DNA from: Vulcanimicrobiota bacterium
Lineage (GTDB): Bacteria; Vulcanimicrobiota; Vulcanimicrobiia; Vulcanimicrobiales; Vulcanimicrobiaceae
Length of the DNA stretch: 64,000 bases
Direction of reading: 5' to 3'
Assembly (NCBI GenBank): GCA_963820825.1
Contig: CAWGBN010000006.1
Coordinates: 64,001-128,000, forward strand
Part shown: positions 57,995-64,000 of the stretch, piece after piece
Position numbering within the stretch: position 1 is the first letter of the stretch
Layout: each line of letters begins with the position of its first letter
The notes under the pieces: generated by a model
Database searches by the model: none
Seen by the model: the letters and a program-made list of their open reading frames with translations, nothing else
Told to the model about the DNA's origin: nothing
Position numbers and translations under genes: made by a program

Positions 57995-59377
57995 ATGAGC
58001 ACGACATCGGTCAGCCCGCATCTCAAACCGCCGGCGCCGCCGGAGCAGTTCGAGTACAAGCGGCTCAAGCAGGGCGAGTTTTGGCGCCACATTCCGGCCT
58101 ATGCCGAGGTCGACGAAGCGACGTTCCTCGACCATCTCTGGCAGCAGCGCCAATCGGTCAAGACCGCCGAGGAACTGCTTCAAACGATCCGCGAGGTCTG
58201 CTCGCCGGAGTTCTATCGCGATGCCGAAGCCGGCTTCCGCAAGGCGCCGATGGCGGTTCGCGTCTCCCCGTACGCGATCTCGTTGATCGATTGGAACGAT
58301 CCGGTCGACGATCCGATTCGCCGGCAGTTCATTCCGCTGGCATCCACGTCGCTGCCCGACCATCCTCGGCTGACGCTCGATTCGCTCCACGAACAGCAGG
58401 ACTCGCCGATACCAGGTCTCGTCCATCGCTACGTCGACAAGGCGCTCTTTCTGCCGCTCAACACCTGCCCCGTTTACTGCCGGTTCTGCACGCGCAGCTA
58501 CGCCATCGGGCCGGATACCGAGAACGTCGATAAGGTCGCGCTCGCCAAGACGCCCAAACAGTGGCAAGACGCCTTTCAATACATCTCCGAGCGCCCCGAG
58601 CTCGAAGACATCGTCATCTCCGGCGGCGACGTCTACCAGCTTCCCGCCAAGAACATCGAGCTGATCGGTAACGCGCTGCTCGACATTCCGCACGTTCGCC
58701 GGATGCGCTTTGCGACCAAAGGGCCGGCGATCATGCCGATGAAATTGCTCACCCACACCGAGTGGCTCGACGCGATCACCGCGATCGTCGAGCGCGGGCG
58801 TACCCTCGGCAAGGAAGTCGTGCTGCATACCCATTTCAACGCTCCCGAAGAGATCACGTGGATCACCGAGAAGGCGATGCGCGTGCTCTTCGAGCGCGGC
58901 ATTTTCACGCGCAATCAGTCGGTGCTCATTCGCGGCGTCAACGACACGCGCGAACGGATGCAGCTGCTCGTCAAGCGGCTCGGCCACGTAAACGTGCATC
59001 CCTATTACGTCTACATGCACGACATGGTCAAGGGCGTCGAGGAGCTTCGAACGACGATCGGGACCGCGGTCGACACCGAGAAGTTCGTGCGCGGGAGCAC
59101 CGCGGGCTTCAATACGCCGACCTTTGTCTGCGACGCACCGGGCGGCGGCGGCAAGCGCGACGTACACTCGTACGAGTACTACGACCGCACCAACGGGATC
59201 GCCGTCTATGCCGCGCCGAGCGTCAAGCCGGGTAAGGCATTCGTCTACTTCGATCCGATCGACAAGCTCGCGCCGGAGGTTCAAGCCCGCTGGGCCGTGC
59301 GTCAGATCGCCGACGAGATGATCCACGAGGCGATCCGCCAGGCCGGCATCGGGGAACAGCAGCTCGTCCTCGCGTAA
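57995..59377 (+). CDS. kamA: Lysine 2,3-aminomutase (KamA family radical SAM/PLP enzyme)
   Basis: DPIRRQFIP, HRYVDKALF, CPVYCRFCTR, SGGD, NQSVLIRGVND, DAPGGGGK. Confidence 0.88.
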   Translation: MSTTSVSPHLKPPAPPEQFEYKRLKQGEFWRHIPAYAEVDEATFLDHLWQQRQSVKTAEELLQTIREVCSPEFYRDAEAGFRKAPMAVRVSPYAISLIDWNDPVDDPIRRQFIPLASTSLPDHPRLTLDSLHEQQDSPIPGLVHRYVDKALFLPLNTCPVYCRFCTRSYAIGPDTENVDKVALAKTPKQWQDAFQYISERPELEDIVISGGDVYQLPAKNIELIGNALLDIPHVRRMRFATKGPAIMPMKLLTHTEWLDAITAIVERGRTLGKEVVLHTHFNAPEEITWITEKAMRVLFERGIFTRNQSVLIRGVNDTRERMQLLVKRLGHVNVHPYYVYMHDMVKGVEELRTTIGTAVDTEKFVRGSTAGFNTPTFVCDAPGGGGKRDVHSYEYYDRTNGIAVYAAPSVKPGKAFVYFDPIDKLAPEVQARWAVRQIADEMIHEAIRQAGIGEQQLVLA

Positions 59378-59405
59378 ACGACGTTCAGAGAAAGGAACAC
59401 CCGAG

Positions 59406-61346
59406 ATGTCTACTTCGAGCGTTCGCGCGATCGCGCTCTCGCTGATCGCCGCCCTTGCCTTCGCCGCGCCGCCTCCGGCCCGAGCCGATCTTCCGCCGCT
59501 GATTCCGCGCGCGGTGCTCTTCGGCAATCCGGAGAAGGCATCGCCCGCGATCTCCTCCGACGGAAGGATGCTCGCCTACCTCGCACCGTCGAACGGCGTA
59601 CTCTCCATCTGGGTACGCACGATCGGCGAGAATGACGACCGCGTCGTCGCCACCGACCCCTTCCGGCCGATTCGCAACGTCGTCTGGCAGCCGGACGGCA
59701 AACACGTCCTCTACGAACAGGACAAGGGCGGCAACGAGAATTTCCACGTCTATCAGACCGACATCGCAACGCGCTCGACGCGCGACCTCACGCCCTTCGG
59801 CGATAAGGTCCGTTCGGATATCGAAGCGGTCGATCCGCGCTATCCGAACCAAATGCTGGTGACGTCGAACAAGCGCGACCCCAACGTCTTCGACGTCTAC
59901 CGAATCAATTTGCGCACGGACGTCGCGGCTCTCGACACGCGCAACCCGGGAACGATCGGCGGCTGGGCCGAGGATAATAAACTCGTCGTGCGCGCCGCGG
60001 TGCAGAACAATTCCGACGGTTCCACCGAGATTCTCGTTCGGGCGAATCCCTCCGCGCCGTGGCATACGCTTTTGAAGGCCTCTCCCGACGACTCGATCGC
60101 GCCGTTCGCTTTCAGCGCCGACAACCGGTCGCTCTACGTTTCGTCGAGCCTCGGAGTGAACGCGTCGCAGTTGCTGCTCTACGATTTGAGCAACGGGACG
60201 AGCTCGGTTGTGGTCTCCGACCCGACGTACGACGTCGGCGCTCCGCTGATCGACGAGAAGAGCCGCAAGCTCGCCGCGGTCTCCTTCCAGCGCGACCGGA
60301 CCGAGTGGCAAGTGCTCGATCTCGCCTACCAGAGCGACTTCGCGGCGCTCCAGAAAATTCACGATGGCGACATCGGGTTTCTGAGCAGCACCGCAAACGG
60401 ACGGCGACTGATCGTCGCCTATCTGGTCGATAACGGACCGACCTCCTACTACTCCTACGATCGGAAGACGAAGCGCGGCACCTTTCTCTTCGTCTCACGC
60501 CCAGCCTTATTGAAGTATCAGCTCGCGTCGATGCAGCCGATCTCGTATAAGGCCGGCGACGGGCTCACGATTCACGGCTACCTGACGCTTCCGGTCGGCG
60601 TCGCTCCGAAGAATCTGCCGATGGTCTTGTTCGTGCACGGCGGCCCGTGGGCGCGCGACACGTGGGGCTACAGCGGCTACGTGCAGTGGTTGGCCAACCG
60701 CGGCTACGCGGTGCTGCAAGTAAACTTCCGCGGCTCGACCGGCTACGGCAAGAACTTTCTCAACGCGGGAAACCGGCAATGGGCCGGCACGATGCATCAG
60801 GATCTCGTCGATGCCAAGAACTGGGCGGTCACGCAAGGATATGCCGACCCGGCCAAGGTGGCGATTATGGGTGGCAGTTACGGCGGTTATGCCGTGCTCG
60901 CCGGCGTTACGTTCTCACCCGACGTCTTTGCCGCCGGCGTCGACATCGTCGGTCCGTCGAACTTGAACACCCTGCTGCAATCGATTCCGCCGTATTGGTC
61001 GACCGGACGGGCAACGTTCGCGCTGCGGATGGGCGATTCGGTCGATTTCTTGAACTCGCAATCGCCGCTCTTCAAAGCCGATCGGATCAAGGTGCCACTG
61101 CTCATCGGACAGGGCGCCAACGATCCGCGGGTCAACCGGCGCGAGAGCGACCAGATCGTCGCGGCGATGCGCAAGAATAACGAGCCGGTCGAGTACGTCG
61201 TCTTTCCGGACGAGGGTCACGGCTTCGCACGGCCGGAGAACAACAAGCGCTTCAACGCCGCGGTCGAGGCCTTTCTCGGCAAATACTTGGGCGGCCGCGT
61301 CGAGCCGGCCGGACCCGACGAGAGCATCGCCTCGTTCGAGCACTGA
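59406..61346 (+). CDS. Secreted S9 family peptidase (acylaminoacyl/dipeptidyl peptidase)
   Basis: Signal peptide; VHGGPW, GGSYGG, GANDPRV, DEGHGF triad. Confidence 0.95.
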   Translation: MSTSSVRAIALSLIAALAFAAPPPARADLPPLIPRAVLFGNPEKASPAISSDGRMLAYLAPSNGVLSIWVRTIGENDDRVVATDPFRPIRNVVWQPDGKHVLYEQDKGGNENFHVYQTDIATRSTRDLTPFGDKVRSDIEAVDPRYPNQMLVTSNKRDPNVFDVYRINLRTDVAALDTRNPGTIGGWAEDNKLVVRAAVQNNSDGSTEILVRANPSAPWHTLLKASPDDSIAPFAFSADNRSLYVSSSLGVNASQLLLYDLSNGTSSVVVSDPTYDVGAPLIDEKSRKLAAVSFQRDRTEWQVLDLAYQSDFAALQKIHDGDIGFLSSTANGRRLIVAYLVDNGPTSYYSYDRKTKRGTFLFVSRPALLKYQLASMQPISYKAGDGLTIHGYLTLPVGVAPKNLPMVLFVHGGPWARDTWGYSGYVQWLANRGYAVLQVNFRGSTGYGKNFLNAGNRQWAGTMHQDLVDAKNWAVTQGYADPAKVAIMGGSYGGYAVLAGVTFSPDVFAAGVDIVGPSNLNTLLQSIPPYWSTGRATFALRMGDSVDFLNSQSPLFKADRIKVPLLIGQGANDPRVNRRESDQIVAAMRKNNEPVEYVVFPDEGHGFARPENNKRFNAAVEAFLGKYLGGRVEPAGPDESIASFEH

Positions 61347-61358
61347 CTCTCCCGCGCA

Positions 61359-61922
61359 ATGAACCAGCGCCTCCGGCTCGACTTCGTCATCGCGATTTGT
61401 GCGCTCTTGATCAGCACGGTCGCCGCCGTGGCGACCGTCTATCAAACGCACGTTATCGCCCGGCAATTTAGCGCGACGGTCTGGCCCTACGTCAGTTTCG
61501 ACGAGAGCAACTCCCCATCGTCGGTCGAGCTCGACCTTCGCAACGACGGGCTCGGCCCCGCGATCGTTCGTTCCGTCGGCATAACTTTCGACGGCAAACC
61601 GCAGACCTCGATCGAGGCGATGCTCGCAGCCTTCGCCACCGGCGAACCCCAAGCACAGGCCGCGGCTCGCGCCGCAATTCGCGCGGGCGCCAAGCTGAAG
61701 ATCACGACGAGCACGCCGACTTCCGGCATGGTCATCCCGGCGAACGCGCAGCACGTTATCATCCGGCTCGAGGGCCCCATACTCGTGCGGTATTTCCAGC
61801 CGGCCGTCAAGCGCGTCGGGATCTCGCTCTGCTACTGTTCGCTCACGGGAACGTGCTGGACGCAAAGCTTCCAAAGCCGCGATAGCGAGCCGAGAACCGT
61901 AGCCTCCTGCCCTCGCAGCTAG
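61359..61922 (+). CDS. Hypothetical membrane-anchored protein
   Basis: N-terminal TM, SATVWPY, NDGLGPA, CYCSL..TCW. Confidence 0.7.
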   Translation: MNQRLRLDFVIAICALLISTVAAVATVYQTHVIARQFSATVWPYVSFDESNSPSSVELDLRNDGLGPAIVRSVGITFDGKPQTSIEAMLAAFATGEPQAQAAARAAIRAGAKLKITTSTPTSGMVIPANAQHVIIRLEGPILVRYFQPAVKRVGISLCYCSLTGTCWTQSFQSRDSEPRTVASCPRS

Positions 61923-61971
61923 CCCGTGATTTGCGTGCAGCCGGCGCCGTAAGGCTTACGCCGAAGATGCT

Positions 61972-62470
61972 CTATTGACTGATGACCGCACCGACCGGCT
62001 CGATCAGCGTTCCCGGCGGTATAGTGCTGTGCAACGTACCGGCGGGATAGTCGAAGACTTGGACTTGCGTGTTGTAATTTTCGATGGCGACGACCTTGCT
62101 TCCCAATATGAAAAAGGCTGAAGCCTCGGCGGCGCCACTGAGGGTCGTGCTTCCGAAAGTCGTACCGTCGCGGTTCACTTGCCATATCACTGAGCCAAAC
62201 GCATCTCCCACGGCGCAGTGGTGATTTGCCCATTGCAGATCACCCGTAGCCGCAATGCTCGGCTGAAGCGTAAGCGGAAGCATTGGGCCTAGCGGATTCT
62301 GGTGCCTGATCTTTGCATATTGCGGGACGGAAAGCCCACCCGCTATCCATAAGTTGCCCTGCGGGTCGTAGTTTAGCCCGTCGACGATCGAAACCACGTT
62401 CGAGTAGATCTCGACCGGAGTTCCGCTCGCATTCAGGTAGATGCTCAGCAGAAATGCTTCATCGATTGAT
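61972..62470 (-). pseudogene. C-terminal fragment of an NHL/beta-propeller-like protein
   Basis: GLNYDPQGNLWIAG, GDLQW, VQVFDYPAG, PVGAVIS; no signal peptide or good start; visibly lower GC. Confidence 0.5.
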
Positions 62471-62521
62471 ACTCCAAAGCCGAATCGGCAACCAACCGAA
62501 AGAGTAGCTGGAGCCGCTCTA

Positions 62522-63826
62522 TCACGCCGGGTGCGATCGAGCAATGGCCCGGAGCATGACCGGTCCGCTCGGACGTAGTGTCACGAGCGGCGCGAGCTTC
62601 ACCGCGGGACCGGGCGCAAGCGCAAAACGGTAACGCGTAAGAAGCGCCTGCAGCACGATCGCGGCTTCGCGCATTGCAAACTCTTCGCCGATGCAGCGCC
62701 GCGCGCCGCCGCCGAATGGGACGTACGCGAACGGTGGGGGCTCGGCGCCGTGCCAACGCTCGGGATCGAACGCATCCGGATTTGGAAAGTAGTCGGCGCG
62801 GCGATGCAAGAGCAACGGCGCGAGAAAGACCGTCGTCGTTGCCGGGATGAACGAACCGTCGCCGAGCGTGACGTCCCGGATCGCTTCGCGTCCGATGATC
62901 CATGCCGGCGGATAGAGCCGTAAGACCTCTTTGAGGACGCGCTCGAGATACTCGCGATCTCCTTGTGCCGCCGCCGCGCCCGCGCGCCGATCGACCGCTT
63001 CGTGCTGCGCGAGGAGATAGAGCGTCCACGTCAAGAGATTTGCGGTCGTTTCGTGCCCCGCCATGAAGAGCGTCATGATCTCGTCGCGCACTTGTTCGTC
63101 CGAGGGCTGGTAGCCCGTTTCGCCGTCACGCGCCGCCAGCAAGAGCGAGAGCGCGTCGTGGCGTTCGCTTCCATCGCGCCGGCGGCGGGCGATCAGCTCG
63201 TAGATGATCGCGTCGAGCATGCTGCGCGCGCGCCAGAAGCGCCGGGTGTTGCGCAGCGGCAGACGCTGGCGCAGCGCCCCGAGCGGCGTGAGCATCGCGG
63301 GAAACTCGTTCATCATCAGCCGCAGCGCGTCGGCAACCGCCTCCGACGCATCGCTCTCGTCGCTTCCGAAGAGCGTCTCGGTCGCGATGCGCAGCGTCAG
63401 CTCCGTCATCGCGCGGTGCGCGTCGAACGGCAGGTCGGCCTCGAGACGTGCCGCAAACTCCACGGCGTCGCGCTCCATGATCTGCGCGTACTCGGCGATT
63501 CGCTCTCGGTGGAACGCCGGCTGGACGATTCGGCGCATCTGCCGGTGCAGCGGATCCTCGCTGGTGAGCAGCCCTTCGCCGAGGAGCAGCCGGAGCACTC
63601 GCGTTCCCAGCGACTTCGAGAACGCATGCTGCTGCGTAACCAGGATCTCTTTGATCGACGCGGGCTCGTTGACGAAGACGTACGAACGCCACGGCAGCGC
63701 AAAGGCGGTGATGTTGCCGTAGCGTTGCGTCGTCTCGCGTAAGAAATCGGGAAAGCGTTTGAACGGAACGGGGAGCAGACCGCGCAGCGTCTGCCACCGG
63801 CTCGGACCCGGAATCTTACCGGGCAT
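62522..63826 (-). CDS. Cytochrome P450
   Basis: AGHETT I-helix, EVLR, FDPERW, FGGGARRCIG heme motif. Confidence 0.96.
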   Translation of the reverse strand: MPGKIPGPSRWQTLRGLLPVPFKRFPDFLRETTQRYGNITAFALPWRSYVFVNEPASIKEILVTQQHAFSKSLGTRVLRLLLGEGLLTSEDPLHRQMRRIVQPAFHRERIAEYAQIMERDAVEFAARLEADLPFDAHRAMTELTLRIATETLFGSDESDASEAVADALRLMMNEFPAMLTPLGALRQRLPLRNTRRFWRARSMLDAIIYELIARRRRDGSERHDALSLLLAARDGETGYQPSDEQVRDEIMTLFMAGHETTANLLTWTLYLLAQHEAVDRRAGAAAAQGDREYLERVLKEVLRLYPPAWIIGREAIRDVTLGDGSFIPATTTVFLAPLLLHRRADYFPNPDAFDPERWHGAEPPPFAYVPFGGGARRCIGEEFAMREAAIVLQALLTRYRFALAPGPAVKLAPLVTLRPSGPVMLRAIARSHPA

Positions 63827-64000
63827 CGGCCGCCCGGTACGCCGCAACGTTTCCATAGCGGCAGAGGAGCTTATATTCACCGCGCGCGACCTCCGCTTCC
63901 ACCGCCGGCCGAACCCGCGTTTGATAGGCGACGTTCGGATAATCTCCGGCGTAGACGAGGTACTCGACGCCGCTCGCGCGATCGATCGTCGCCCGCGGCC
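63816..64000 (-). CDS. 3' end of an unidentified gene overlapping the P450 start
   Basis: Open frame ...ATIDRASGVEYLVYAGDYPNVAYQ...GEYKLLCRYGNVAAYRAADAR*. Confidence 0.6.
   Translation of the reverse strand, partial: PRATIDRASGVEYLVYAGDYPNVAYQTRVRPAVEAEVARGEYKLLCRYGNVAAYRAADAR

Noticed and set aside
57995..59377. EF-P beta-lysylation enzyme EpmB
   Set aside because: Length (460 aa), adjacency to kdd and absence of efp/epmA favour a catabolic KamA.

Overview
High-GC bacterial chromosome window, mostly housekeeping. Gene content (CIRCE-controlled groESL, a sigmaB-like promoter, a single lptF/G plus LptD- and LptC-like genes, lnt, three-part pnt) suggests a diderm Terrabacteria lineage such as Eremiobacterota/Vulcanimicrobiota; this is inference, not a database result. 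In order: MFS transporter, korBA, groESL, a four-gene operon (Lgt-like enzyme, tetraether-synthase-like radical SAM enzyme, two small membrane proteins), alr, hisA, citrate synthase, a dcw cluster (mraZ to ddl) with a CofE-like amide ligase inserted between murF and mraY, an Ada-type gene, an SLT-lptF/G-lptD block, an unannotated 55-aa metallothionein, lnt, two KGG stress proteins, polA-DUF192-mutM-rpsA-coaE, a truncated alpha-2-macroglobulin-like gene, pntAB, an orphan RND pump, lrp-kdd-kamA, an S9 peptidase and a P450. Five conserved genes (groEL, alr, hisA, rsmH, kdd) carry frameshifts that look like single-base insertions and are probably sequencing artefacts. Best candidates for new biology: the CofE-like ligase in the dcw cluster (possible peptidoglycan stem modifier), the Lgt-like/Tes-like operon (possible lipid or lipoprotein cross-linking), and a family of structured intergenic elements with a conserved AGGA/GAC internal loop. 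No rRNA, tRNA, CRISPR array or transposase was seen.
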